Origin: a virus
DNA: 64,000 nucleotides
Direction: 5' to 3' (one strand)
IMG/VR virus record: IMGVR_UViG_3300026484_000105
Location: 45,993-109,992 of that record
Every line of letters starts with the position of its first letter. Position 1 is the first letter of the stretch. Positions 46,967-57,400 of the stretch are shown here, piece after piece. Below the pieces are notes generated by a model. The model saw only the letters and a program-made list of their open reading frames with translations. It did not search any database and was not told the DNA's origin. The position numbers and the translations under genes are program-made.

Positions 46967-49576
46967 ATGTCAAATAAAATAGAAGCCAAACTACCATCAG
47001 TTATAAATAAAAACAAGAATCTGGCAGCATTGGTAAGTAAATTGAACACAGATAATCGTACTAACGATGAAAAGAAAGCTATAAAAGTTTCAGGTCTGCC
47101 AGATATATCTAATTCTATAAAAGATAAGATAGCAAACAATGAAACTATAGTAAAGTTGTTCCCTGACATTGAGTTAAGTATACAGATAATGGTATCTTCA
47201 ATCTTGGCTCCAAATGATATGGGTAATACTAACCTAATTTATTCTGCAGATGGAATTGATTTACCAACTGATGTAAAAGCGGGTTTATTAGAGAATATTA
47301 AAACTTATGTATCAAGTAACTATAAACTTGAAGATAAATTAACAGATATAATAAGAGAAGCACTATTTACAAAGGGAGCATATATAGAAGCTGTTATACC
47401 TGAAGCATCAGTTGACAGCATGATTAATGCAAATGATGTAGATGATGTACCTTCTTTAGAAAGTTTGGTAGATGGTAACCTAAATAATTCAACTTTAAAG
47501 ATATTTAAAGAAGATAAAGAAAAGAGATTTACGTATTCTTTAGAAGATATGGATCTTAGTGTTGCTAGAGATAGGAGTGCTGCAAATGTAACATTAGAGG
47601 TAAGTGATGAGGATTTAGGTATAGCAGTTACAGATAACTTTGCTATATTAGGTGCAACTGTTAAGATGGCTAATATTGTTAGAGATAAGGTTAGTTTGGA
47701 AGCTCTAGACAAATCCATAGATAACGATGATGCGGATTTCTTCAATAAGTTATTTAAACCAACTCCTATGCATAAAGATGCTACAACAGTAACAGTATTA
47801 ACATCTGATGAAACTGATAGAGCATCTGTAGGCAAACCCCTAATAATGAAGTTACCAGTAGAAGCTACTATACCAGTATATATAAGTGGTGATGCAACTA
47901 AGCACTTGGGTTATTTTGTATTACTAGATGAAAAAGGTGTTCCTGTTGTTAGTGGTTCTGACTGGTCTATTGACGAAAAGGAATTAGATCAAACACAACA
48001 AAAGAAAGCTAAAAGTATAATTGATAAGGCATCTGCTGCAATAAACGGTTATAGTAAAAAGAACCCGAAGATGGAAAATATTGAAGAGATTTATGGACAT
48101 ATAGTAGATCAGAGACTTAAAGCAAAATTAGCAAATAGTTTATTAGGCGACTTAGCTGATATAAGTGAAGACAACAGTGAAGCATATAGAACTATGCTAA
48201 CCAGAGTTTTAGCTAAACAAAAGACAAAGATACTTTTCATACCATCTGAACTAGTAGCCTTCTATGCATTTAAATATAGGGATAATGGCACAGGCGAATC
48301 TTTACTTGAAACTATATCAGTATTGTCGAGTATTAGAGCCATACTATTATTTGCTAGGATAATGGCCAATATTAAGAATTCTGTTACAACGACTGAAATA
48401 AGTGCTACACTAGATGAGAAAGATCTAGACCCCACTAAAACTATGGAAAAGATCATCTCTGAAGTTATGAAAAGTAGAGGTACCCAAATGCCTATAGGTG
48501 TTACTAGAGTAGAGGATCTCGTTGATTGGACTAAAAAAGTAGGTTACAAGTTTAACTTTAAACATAGTAGTTTACCAGATATGGATATAAGTACTAATGA
48601 AGAAACTACTTCTAAAGCCATACCAGACTCCGATTTAGATGAAGATATTCGTAAACAGATATTAATGTCTTTCTCGTTACCTCCAAAGGCAGTAGAAGAT
48701 GGTTATGATAGTGATTTTGCTACTACTATAGTACAAAATAACCTACTATTTACAAAAAGGGTTATGATGCAACAAGATATACTTATGCCCTTAGTTACTA
48801 AACATGTTCGTATATTATTGAAAAATGATATGGATATCTTCAATGCTATTAAAGCATCTATAGAAAAAAATATCAAGCCTATAATAAGAACTCTTAAGAA
48901 GAGTAAAGATTCTATTATAGGTAATAAAAGGATAAATGAAGATAAACTAATCAATTGGTTAACTACAGCTTATATTAATAATATTGAAATTAGGTTACCT
49001 AGAATAGAAGAACATGAAACAGACAACATGAAAGAAGCCTTCGATAACTATAAGGAAAGTATAGAAGACTACATAGAGATATTCTTTAGTGATGAGGCTC
49101 TTCCAGAAGAGTTGGCTGGCGAGTTATCTGGCAGAATGGAGGATTTTAAAATGGCTATGCAAAATACATTTTTAAGAAAATGGATGGCTGATAATAACTA
49201 TTTACCAGAAGCGCTTAATTCAACAACATTAGATAAAGATGGTAATCCTGTATTTGATGTATATGGCAATTATGAGACTTACTTAGATTCATTCTCTAAG
49301 GTACTTATTCCATTTATTAAAAAGAACAATAAGTTAAAGGAGACAATAGATAAGAAGCTAGCTAAACTAGACGGTGATGGTGAAGCAGATGACAATGACG
49401 ATTATGAATCTGATAACGACAATGTTCAAGATGATGATCCAGATAACAGCGGTGATGATGATGGAGCCGAAAATGAACCTAACGGTGATGGTGGAGATGG
49501 AACTGAAATCGAAGATGAACCTAACGGTGATGGTGGAGATTCTGAAGCAGATCCAGTTGAAGCAGAAAAAGAATAG
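46967..49576 (+). CDS. Probable portal protein (phiKZ gp129-like)
   Basis: LFPDIEL..QI.VSSILAP, GYFVLLDEKG.P, YRDNGTGESLL motifs; internal SLE processing sites; acidic tail. Confidence 0.65.
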   Translation: MSNKIEAKLPSVINKNKNLAALVSKLNTDNRTNDEKKAIKVSGLPDISNSIKDKIANNETIVKLFPDIELSIQIMVSSILAPNDMGNTNLIYSADGIDLPTDVKAGLLENIKTYVSSNYKLEDKLTDIIREALFTKGAYIEAVIPEASVDSMINANDVDDVPSLESLVDGNLNNSTLKIFKEDKEKRFTYSLEDMDLSVARDRSAANVTLEVSDEDLGIAVTDNFAILGATVKMANIVRDKVSLEALDKSIDNDDADFFNKLFKPTPMHKDATTVTVLTSDETDRASVGKPLIMKLPVEATIPVYISGDATKHLGYFVLLDEKGVPVVSGSDWSIDEKELDQTQQKKAKSIIDKASAAINGYSKKNPKMENIEEIYGHIVDQRLKAKLANSLLGDLADISEDNSEAYRTMLTRVLAKQKTKILFIPSELVAFYAFKYRDNGTGESLLETISVLSSIRAILLFARIMANIKNSVTTTEISATLDEKDLDPTKTMEKIISEVMKSRGTQMPIGVTRVEDLVDWTKKVGYKFNFKHSSLPDMDISTNEETTSKAIPDSDLDEDIRKQILMSFSLPPKAVEDGYDSDFATTIVQNNLLFTKRVMMQQDILMPLVTKHVRILLKNDMDIFNAIKASIEKNIKPIIRTLKKSKDSIIGNKRINEDKLINWLTTAYINNIEIRLPRIEEHETDNMKEAFDNYKESIEDYIEIFFSDEALPEELAGELSGRMEDFKMAMQNTFLRKWMADNNYLPEALNSTTLDKDGNPVFDVYGNYETYLDSFSKVLIPFIKKNNKLKETIDKKLAKLDGDGEADDNDDYESDNDNVQDDDPDNSGDDDGAENEPNGDGGDGTEIEDEPNGDGGDSEADPVEAEKE
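49473..49540 (+). repeat. Direct repeat in the acidic tail of the portal-like gene
   Basis: ATGAACCTAACGGTGATGGTGGAGAT (26 nt) at 49473 and 49515, period 42, encoding EPNGDGGD. Confidence 0.85.
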
Positions 49577-49578
49577 AC

Positions 49579-49606
49579 CTACTAACATGCTTTCGCATGT
49601 TAGTAG
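49579..49606. terminator. Bidirectional hairpin
   Basis: CTACTAACATGC-TTTC-GCATGTTAGTAG (GAAA loop on the minus strand). Confidence 0.7.
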
Positions 49607-49629
49607 ATTTCTATTTTGACTTGAGTCTA

Positions 49630-51384
49630 TTAAGAATTTCTTTTAATAACCCTTCTCATAATTCTAGTGAGGTCTTCAGAACTTAATTGTTCTGACACAT
49701 ACATATTAGAAAGATCCCAATCATGCATGCCTAATCCAGGTTGATTAACGCCAAGATGAAACCCACCATTAGGCGCTGAGTATCTAATGTGGTCATTATT
49801 TCGGGCACTATAACCAGGACGTATGTTAGTGTTACGCATATTATCATACACTGGTCTAGGAATTGGACCATATTGATTATGCGGGCAACCGTATTCCATT
49901 TGATCAACAGCAGCTTTCCCTCTAATAACATCTATAAGTTCAGGAATTATAACGTCATCAAGAATTGGTCTACCAACTCTGAAGTTTGAGAGTATACTAT
50001 TTAGAAGTAATTTCTTTCTTGGGTCATAATTAACCTGACGTCTTGAGTACTCCATGAGTCCATTTAATGCAGTTTCAAGCTCTCTTAAATTCATTCTATC
50101 TATGATTTGAACAGCATGTTTAAATTCAGTAAGTACTGTAGCTTCCATATCTTGTTTAGGTTTAGACCCCTTCTTAATAATTTCTAGAACTGCATCGTGT
50201 AAGTTCTTTATGATCTCATTTGTGTATTTATGTTTAGGCTTAATTCTTCTAAGAATAGTCCCAACTATATTATAATATATAATACCAGTTGGAATTCCAG
50301 TTTCAACGAAACCTCTAAGTTCAGTCTCAAGAGTAAGAAGCTCTTTATTAGGTAAATTACTAATTAATGTCATGCAATCAGCGACCATAGCAATTGCCTC
50401 AATGGCCTCCTTGCCATTTTCACCAGTATTAACTACAGTCTCATCTTTAGATTTAACTCCATCTTTAGGTGTTTCATGTTTATCATCATGCATAGCTTTC
50501 ATAGATTGATCTAATAAATCCGCACCCTTAGCAGCACATTCATCTTTACTCTTTATTTTACCAGTTTTAAACACCTCACTATACATATCAACAAGGGTAG
50601 TAAATAATTCATCTGTTAAATCTGGGTCAATATCCATAACTGCATCTTTCATATCTTCATAAGATATAGTACCTTTACTATAGTTAAATAGGATTTTATT
50701 TAAATCTATATCTACACTAAACGGTTTATTCCCAAGTTTAATACTAAAGATTCTATCTGCGTCGTTAGGCGCTCTTAGAGCAGTAAGTACATTCCCTTCA
50801 TTAGTTATTTTACTTATAATAACCATGTCTAATATGGACTTGCCGTAACTATGTTCTCTTAAATCTACCTTACGTAAGTCTATGTATGTCGGTTCTCTAG
50901 TGTCAGACATAAGACTCGTTTTCTTCACAATACCACTCATAGCGTTAAATAATACAGTATTAGCCATAGCTAATATAGCTTTACTATCGGGTATAGCACC
51001 ATTGCCAGCAACATTAGGTAAACTCATTCTACTTCTAAAAGATACTGCAAAGATTGGACCGATAGAGTGACTAAAACTTTTACCATTATCAGATCTAAAT
51101 GATAATGATGGTTTAAGTCTGTAGAACGTGTATTCCCCTTCAAACGCTATGATCCTAATAGAATCTCTTTGAACCTTAACGTTATCCATTAAGAACTCGC
51201 TAGTTTTAGCTTCATCAGTTGTTGTTGTAGTAACATGACAATTACCCTTTGGATCAATGTAATCAAACGCTGTGTCAGAAGAAGTAATTGCAGTAGCACC
51301 AGCTAAATAAGACATGCCTGTCGCTTGTAGTTTCGTAAAAACTGATTCAATGTTGTTTATATAAAATACCTTAGTGTTGTTCAT
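49630..51384 (-). CDS. Hypothetical protein
   Basis: 584 aa, AAGGA RBS; P/G/N/Y-rich C-terminal segment. Confidence 0.65.
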   Translation of the reverse strand: MNNTKVFYINNIESVFTKLQATGMSYLAGATAITSSDTAFDYIDPKGNCHVTTTTTDEAKTSEFLMDNVKVQRDSIRIIAFEGEYTFYRLKPSLSFRSDNGKSFSHSIGPIFAVSFRSRMSLPNVAGNGAIPDSKAILAMANTVLFNAMSGIVKKTSLMSDTREPTYIDLRKVDLREHSYGKSILDMVIISKITNEGNVLTALRAPNDADRIFSIKLGNKPFSVDIDLNKILFNYSKGTISYEDMKDAVMDIDPDLTDELFTTLVDMYSEVFKTGKIKSKDECAAKGADLLDQSMKAMHDDKHETPKDGVKSKDETVVNTGENGKEAIEAIAMVADCMTLISNLPNKELLTLETELRGFVETGIPTGIIYYNIVGTILRRIKPKHKYTNEIIKNLHDAVLEIIKKGSKPKQDMEATVLTEFKHAVQIIDRMNLRELETALNGLMEYSRRQVNYDPRKKLLLNSILSNFRVGRPILDDVIIPELIDVIRGKAAVDQMEYGCPHNQYGPIPRPVYDNMRNTNIRPGYSARNNDHIRYSAPNGGFHLGVNQPGLGMHDWDLSNMYVSEQLSSEDLTRIMRRVIKRNS

Positions 51385-51416
51385 AATATTTTCCTTTTAT
51401 ATTTAAAGTGTGTTGA

Positions 51417-51447
51417 CATAGTGATAACCTTTTAGGTTATCACTATG
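51417..51447 (-). terminator. Hairpin overlapping a stop codon
   Basis: CATAGTGATAACCT-TTT-AGGTTATCACTATG. Confidence 0.65.
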
Positions 51448-52987
51448 CTTCTTCTATTGTATAAGAAGCATTTAGCTTCGTCTTGTAGATTCTATATCTT
51501 TTGCCCTCATCAGACATTAAGATCATCTGATTTGATCTATCAAACTTTGCCTCATCAGCAATAGTAGTAACCAAATCATCTATCAGTGGGGTTAGTTCAC
51601 TCCTGATATATTTAACAAGTCCTTTAGAAACATCTAAAAGCTCATACTTAATATCTTCATCAGATGTATATATTAAAGTCTTTCTAGTAGCATAATACAT
51701 TGGACCAACTTTAACGCCAACTTTATTATCTTCATGTTCTAGGTTTTTAACGTCATTAGCACCTACAGTTAATGCAGTGAAGATGTCACTAAGAACAGCA
51801 TTTCTAATACCTTTTGATCTAACATCATTCATCTTATCAAATAAGTCTTTAAGGTCTGCTATATCATATATGAAATCATCGACCGTTATACCGCTACCTA
51901 TACTCGCTCTAAATGTAACATTAACCATCTTTGTAAGAGTATCATTTATCTTATTAAAGGCTTTAGAGGTAAGTTTTCTATTTACATTAACCATACTTTT
52001 AATATGCTCAGCTAGCTCTATTAGATCTTTAGATTTTAGAACCATATCTGCAAATATATCATCAGTTGCATCAGTAGTTACCCTATTTATCATATATGTA
52101 TCAACCACAATAAATTCCATAGCAATGTTACTATAGTTTATTTCACTTTCATTAATCATATACTCTATATCAGTAACCATATCGCTTACACTATATACGA
52201 CATTTGGTTTTTCACGATTAAAGATTTTTAACTGTGTATCATCAGCTTTGCTTATATTTGCCTTAACTATAAGATTGGCATTGTTATACACAGATGCATG
52301 TTCATTAAAATTCACCATATCCTCCTTTTCTACTACTTTATAAGAAAAGTATTTATCTGCCATATCAACCTTGATACATTTTTGATTTTCTAATGTAAGA
52401 TAAGGAAATTCATTACCTTCAATAGGTATACGTTTAACCTTAACTTCTGGTTCTTTAGCAACATATGTCTCAGCAGTCTTCGTTTGCATGCTGTTACCGC
52501 CATTTATATAATTAGGCGTTTCATGTTTATCATCGCTAAAACGGTCACTAAAAGTGTTTCCTGATGTAACATTAGCTTTATTCATATTTGTTGCATTAAA
52601 CATACTACCACCCATGTTGCCAGTATTTACATAACCACCTTGATTACCAGCAGCATTATATCTATTAGTTGTTGGCATATGCTGTCTATGTATAGTTCTG
52701 TTATTAACAGTAGCATTCATAGTTCCGCCGTACATTGGCTGTTGCATGCCAGTATTCATATTTTGGTTACCCATATTGTTGTAACTATTCTGATTACCAG
52801 CATTTAGGTACATACCACCTTGTTGCTGTTGCTGCGATGCCATAACTTGTTGCGTATATGTATAAAGTTCAGTCAATGCTGCTAATTGCTGTTGCTGTTG
52901 TCCAGTTAACTGGTAACCCTGATTATACATATTTTGCAGCTGTGTTAACTGATTAAACTGTTGGTCTGTCATTAATTGTTGGTTCAT
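51443..52987 (-). CDS. Protein with a Q/N/G/M/Y-rich low-complexity N-terminus (neighbour of the gp123-like gene)
   Basis: First ~145 aa nearly charge-free and rich in Q/N; AAGGAG RBS. Confidence 0.7.
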   Translation of the reverse strand: MNQQLMTDQQFNQLTQLQNMYNQGYQLTGQQQQQLAALTELYTYTQQVMASQQQQQGGMYLNAGNQNSYNNMGNQNMNTGMQQPMYGGTMNATVNNRTIHRQHMPTTNRYNAAGNQGGYVNTGNMGGSMFNATNMNKANVTSGNTFSDRFSDDKHETPNYINGGNSMQTKTAETYVAKEPEVKVKRIPIEGNEFPYLTLENQKCIKVDMADKYFSYKVVEKEDMVNFNEHASVYNNANLIVKANISKADDTQLKIFNREKPNVVYSVSDMVTDIEYMINESEINYSNIAMEFIVVDTYMINRVTTDATDDIFADMVLKSKDLIELAEHIKSMVNVNRKLTSKAFNKINDTLTKMVNVTFRASIGSGITVDDFIYDIADLKDLFDKMNDVRSKGIRNAVLSDIFTALTVGANDVKNLEHEDNKVGVKVGPMYYATRKTLIYTSDEDIKYELLDVSKGLVKYIRSELTPLIDDLVTTIADEAKFDRSNQMILMSDEGKRYRIYKTKLNASYTIEEA

Positions 52988-53000
52988 TATCTCTCCTTAT

Positions 53001-53046
53001 ATAATGTAGATACTGCGTGTACCTACATTAATAATATATGTATAAC
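53001..53046 (-). promoter_or_regulatory. Early-type promoter with 5' leader hairpin
   Basis: CATATATTATT core followed by TAATGTAGGTAC-ACGCA-GTATCTACATTA. Confidence 0.6.
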
Positions 53047-53064
53047 ATAAGTTCTAAACTTATA

Positions 53065-54759
53065 CTACATAACCTCATCTATATCAACTTCTATTTCAGA
53101 ATCAATAATTTTCTTATCTTCAACTATTTTACCGTTAAACATCTTATCCAATAACATAATTGTTTCCATTATATCATCTTTTGGCTTTGGTCTACCTGTA
53201 GCCATGTCTAATGTTATGAAAGGATTTATTCTAAGTTTAGGCGTTGGTGCTTTCTTAGATAAATAAAGTATGCTCCCCATGAATAGATCTGGTCCAGTTA
53301 TAGATCTTGTTGCTTTTGGAAATACGGCTGATTTATTTTTGGTAACATTTTTACCACGCTCTTGCAGTTCTAAAACTGAGGTTACCTTATGATACTTATT
53401 GTCACCAGCGTTATCCGTTAGAAGTAAAGTTATGTTCATACTAGCACTCTTTACTATCTGAAAAATCTTTCTTGGCGATAAATTATGATTAAATATTCGT
53501 ACAACTTCATTAACATTAAGATCTTTCTTAACGCTCTTTCTGGTCAGTTCGAATATAGTTTTATTAACACCTAGTATAATATCATACAATATATAGTAAA
53601 GAACATCAATGTACCTGTTAAAGATATTATTGTTGTATGATTTACTATTAAGCAGCCATTCACTATACTTACCAAGTATTACCGCTAATAAATCAAAGAA
53701 GTCATTGACTATAATATTTATCTCTGCTAATTTGGTCATGATCAAACTATCTATATATGATTTTAGTGATATGAAGTGATCCACTATATCCATATATATT
53801 CTGTCTGCACTATAGTTATTTTTAAATATGATTCTACCTAACAATAACTTCCAGTACATTTTTTCATTGCTAACGTCATTACTATTAATAGCGTCAGCTA
53901 ACTCTCTTGCTTTACTAGCACTTGCATCTAATGTATAAATTAGACCAACTACCATATTTTCAACAAATGGGTTATCTGAACCTTTTGGAATTAACACCTT
54001 TACATCATGACCAATATAATTATTTTCTTTAAGACTTCTTGGCTTTAATCTAGTAGATTCATAAATAATGTAATCTTTTTTATACTTTGTAAGATCTTCC
54101 TCATATGTTATAATTGGTTCAATACCACTATACTTCTTAAACGCATCTTTCATACCATATTCTGCCAATAGATATAACGCTATAGGAGGAACAATGCTGC
54201 CTAGATCATCTTTTATCCCTCTTGTAGTGGTTCTATAAATAGTAGAAGATATAACCTGACCAGATATCTTATGCCCATCTTTAATTACATTCCTGTTACT
54301 TCTTTTAAAGATAAGTTTATCTCTAAGTAATCTGATAAACACCTCCTTTTCATTAGGACTCACTACAGTATCAGAAAGAACAGGAACAACGTGATATAAT
54401 GTATCTGATATATGCATCATACCACCATCATCTAAAAATGGCATATATAAGTATCTCTTAGGCAACTTCGCCCCATTATAACTAAAGAGTAATTCTATTT
54501 TGTATAGGTCTGAAACTGCTATATCGTAATTAATTCTATTATTGCCAGTTGTAAATAAGGTATCATACTCTTCTTTTGGAGATAAAACCCTCCAACCATG
54601 ATATTCCAACTTAGGTGTTGCTGACCTCATACTGCTTTTGATAATGGCATCTATATATTCTGGCGCTGATTTAACAGATTCTGTAGCTAATCCATTAACA
54701 ACATCAGGATTGAATGAGGGTGTTACCTCATCCATCATGGCACTTAGGACATCATTCAT
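53065..54759 (-). CDS. Non-virion RNA polymerase beta N-terminal subunit (phiKZ gp123-like)
   Basis: TPSFNP..NGLA, YDIAVSDLY, YLYMPF..GG, PVLSD, FIRLLRDKL motifs; located near the capsid and helicase genes as in phiKZ. Confidence 0.8.
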   Translation of the reverse strand: MNDVLSAMMDEVTPSFNPDVVNGLATESVKSAPEYIDAIIKSSMRSATPKLEYHGWRVLSPKEEYDTLFTTGNNRINYDIAVSDLYKIELLFSYNGAKLPKRYLYMPFLDDGGMMHISDTLYHVVPVLSDTVVSPNEKEVFIRLLRDKLIFKRSNRNVIKDGHKISGQVISSTIYRTTTRGIKDDLGSIVPPIALYLLAEYGMKDAFKKYSGIEPIITYEEDLTKYKKDYIIYESTRLKPRSLKENNYIGHDVKVLIPKGSDNPFVENMVVGLIYTLDASASKARELADAINSNDVSNEKMYWKLLLGRIIFKNNYSADRIYMDIVDHFISLKSYIDSLIMTKLAEINIIVNDFFDLLAVILGKYSEWLLNSKSYNNNIFNRYIDVLYYILYDIILGVNKTIFELTRKSVKKDLNVNEVVRIFNHNLSPRKIFQIVKSASMNITLLLTDNAGDNKYHKVTSVLELQERGKNVTKNKSAVFPKATRSITGPDLFMGSILYLSKKAPTPKLRINPFITLDMATGRPKPKDDIMETIMLLDKMFNGKIVEDKKIIDSEIEVDIDEVM

Positions 54760-54811
54760 TTCTACTCCTTTTACTACTATTTCATTTAACTCATATAACC
54801 ATAATTTTTAT

Positions 54812-55357
54812 TTACATAAATTCATCAAAATCCTTAAACACTATAGCATCAGCAAGATCTTTTAAATTATAATAAAAATAGTTAGTTGTTTTAACAGCAA
54901 CAATATTAGATCTCCTACTAAACCAATCATGGTTAAAATCGATACCTAAATATTCAGCCCTCTTTTTTTCTTTCTTCATATATGCATCTGCTATAATACT
55001 ATATATATCAAAACGGGTCAAAGCTTTACCATTGTTAAACTCTAAACTAGTAAGTACCTCATCTCTTATATTAATTAATCCATTTAGCTCTTTCTCAATA
55101 TTATCTGTCATTTCAGTTAACAAACTTGCAACAACATGAACTTCATCCTGAACAGTAAGACCAGCTAACAGCACATCATCTGTTGCAACACCCATTGCCA
55201 ATGCCATATTGACATATGATGACGTTAAGTTACCAAACATGTGTGTTTTAGAAATACCAGTCTCTTTAGACCAGTCTCTATCTTTAAATATTTTTATCTT
55301 AGTTCTCATTTCTGAGATAGCCAACCTACCATCTTCTATACTAGTTATTTTTCCCAT
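54812..55357 (-). CDS. Hypothetical protein
   Basis: 181 aa, overlapping the upstream ORF. Confidence 0.6.
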   Translation of the reverse strand: MGKITSIEDGRLAISEMRTKIKIFKDRDWSKETGISKTHMFGNLTSSYVNMALAMGVATDDVLLAGLTVQDEVHVVASLLTEMTDNIEKELNGLINIRDEVLTSLEFNNGKALTRFDIYSIIADAYMKKEKKRAEYLGIDFNHDWFSRRSNIVAVKTTNYFYYNLKDLADAIVFKDFDEFM

Positions 55358-56054
55358 TTACTTTTCTCCTTGCTTTTAATAGCTCTTTCTTAAATTTACG
55401 CTTGTCCATACAGTCCCAACACATAAGTCCCTCTTCAAGACCATGATAGAAACAAACTTTATTACCTCTTACCTCAATTATATTAGGAGGATAACAACTA
55501 TAGAACATTGGAATGTAGTTATGACTATCAAGTATATCTTTATTACTAACCCCATACTTATTGGTTTTACCTATTTCATCTAACATCTTAAGAATGGTTT
55601 CACCTGCAGCACACTTAGCAGTTTTACATATAGTCTCTGTCGTTGAGGTCAAGCTATTAAAGAATGCAAGATCATCCATTGCACGAATGCTAGCAAGCTC
55701 ACCACGTTTAAATCCACCTTTGCACATAACATCAATAGCACTACCAGTTTGTAAATGCGGATTATTTTTATCTCTACGCTCTGCATGCTCCATAGCACAT
55801 TCTATTTCTGTTATAAGATCTACTAACTGATTCTCTCTAGGATCATTTGTAGGTAGGTATTTATGTTGGTATTCAACTGTTATACTAAATATATCTGATA
55901 ATGATTCTAATTTATATAACTCAGTCTCTAAGTTAAATAATAAACCAAAACGTTCAGTGTAGCTTCTCAACTTTTCTTTATCAGACATAGTTATTTGCTT
56001 ATGTTCTTCCCATGTTCTAGGTTTACTATTAATGTTTAATTTATGATTTTCCAT
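55341..56054 (-). CDS. Hypothetical protein containing a DnaB-like fragment
   Basis: LQTGSAIDVMCKGGFKRGELASI resembles LKTGWQALNRMTSGGFKRGETVTV of the helicase at 60690. Confidence 0.65.
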   Translation of the reverse strand: MENHKLNINSKPRTWEEHKQITMSDKEKLRSYTERFGLLFNLETELYKLESLSDIFSITVEYQHKYLPTNDPRENQLVDLITEIECAMEHAERRDKNNPHLQTGSAIDVMCKGGFKRGELASIRAMDDLAFFNSLTSTTETICKTAKCAAGETILKMLDEIGKTNKYGVSNKDILDSHNYIPMFYSCYPPNIIEVRGNKVCFYHGLEEGLMCWDCMDKRKFKKELLKARRKVNGKNN

Positions 56055-56065
56055 ATTTATCCTTT

Positions 56066-57310
56066 TTATATAAATGATATTATTGTTTTAAGTATGGTTG
56101 CAACCATACCAACTCCGTTAGCAATATTCTTAGATCTTTCTCCTTTTAATCTTCTTTTATGTAACTCAGCATTACGTCGTTGTTCCATTATTGAATCTAT
56201 ATAGTCCAACCTACCTTTTAATATAGTTTGTTTATAACTAACATATTTCATATCCTTATCTATTTCAGCTATCTCTAACGCTGTTTTATATTTAAGCTCT
56301 TCCAATCTGAATGCATGCATACGTTTAAATTCTTCATTATTTAATTGTGTTTCAGATAACTTTACTTTATTTTCTTCTATAATAACTTTACTTGTAGCTA
56401 TATTTAATTTGGTGTCCTCCATTTGTAGTTTTATATCACCATTATATTTAGCTGCAGATTCATTATCATATATGCCTAACATATCTAATTCATCTATAGT
56501 ATAACTGGTACGATCACTTAGAACCTCCCCATCCTTCTTCAGAATCACTTTTACCCCACTTGGTTTAGTTTTACTCGGGGTAGAAATTAAACGTTGTATA
56601 GAGCTTCCTATAGGCATATAATAAGCTTTATATGGATTATCATTATCTACTATATCTATAGATATAGTAGTTGGATGCTCATCATTAAGTATGTTCTTTC
56701 TTTTTATAGTTTCTATATTTAAATCAGACTTAGGATGCTTTATTATATTAGTAGGAACCCCTTTTGTAATAATTAGGTCATTATTAGGAATATATAGATA
56801 TTTATAGTAATCCAATTCTTTCTTTGGTACGTATGTAATTATCCTTATCACAATGTTATTACTTTCTGTACAATTATGTATCTTACTTTCTATCTCACTA
56901 ACTGTTAAACTAGATAAATCTGATAACGTTCTATAATAATCTACGAGCCCCACTGTATCTACAGCAGTAACATCATAGATAGAATACCTTTCTACTATAT
57001 AGATACCTGCACCATGATTATCATCTACGTCTTCTTTAGATAAATAGTTAAGACCAAAAGATGTAACATCATTATACTGCCTTATTGGTAGAACTATATT
57101 CCTATTATCTACAGTATATACATTATTACCCATAGTACTAAAAACATGTCTGGTATAATCTGGTCTTGCATAGTGTTTATTTTTAGCTATGTTATCATCT
57201 ATATATCCATTATTTAATTTCTTTACTTTGAATATTGCATCTGAATATTGTTCTTCTGGCGCTTCAAAAACTCTGTTAGTATCTGAAACTGGTGTTAGTG
57301 GTACATTCAT
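56066..57310 (-). CDS. Hypothetical protein with a C-terminal coiled coil and amphipathic tail
   Basis: 414 aa, AAGGAG RBS. Confidence 0.65.
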   Translation of the reverse strand: MNVPLTPVSDTNRVFEAPEEQYSDAIFKVKKLNNGYIDDNIAKNKHYARPDYTRHVFSTMGNNVYTVDNRNIVLPIRQYNDVTSFGLNYLSKEDVDDNHGAGIYIVERYSIYDVTAVDTVGLVDYYRTLSDLSSLTVSEIESKIHNCTESNNIVIRIITYVPKKELDYYKYLYIPNNDLIITKGVPTNIIKHPKSDLNIETIKRKNILNDEHPTTISIDIVDNDNPYKAYYMPIGSSIQRLISTPSKTKPSGVKVILKKDGEVLSDRTSYTIDELDMLGIYDNESAAKYNGDIKLQMEDTKLNIATSKVIIEENKVKLSETQLNNEEFKRMHAFRLEELKYKTALEIAEIDKDMKYVSYKQTILKGRLDYIDSIMEQRRNAELHKRRLKGERSKNIANGVGMVATILKTIISFI

Positions 57311-57333
57311 TTTTACTCCTTAAATTACTTAGC

Positions 57334-57377
57334 ATACTCATACCTATATCTGCTTAAGCAGATATAGGTATGAGTAT
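57334..57377. repeat. Perfect 44-bp palindrome in a 5' leader
   Basis: ATACTCATACCTATATCTGCTT/AAGCAGATATAGGTATGAGTAT, between the promoter motif (57386) and the RBS. Confidence 0.9.
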
Positions 57378-57385
57378 ATTACATT

Positions 57386-57400
57386 AATAATATATGCTTA
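57386..57400 (-). promoter_or_regulatory. Early-type promoter core
   Basis: TAAGCATATATTATT, followed by AATGTA as in the 53030 copy. Confidence 0.55.
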
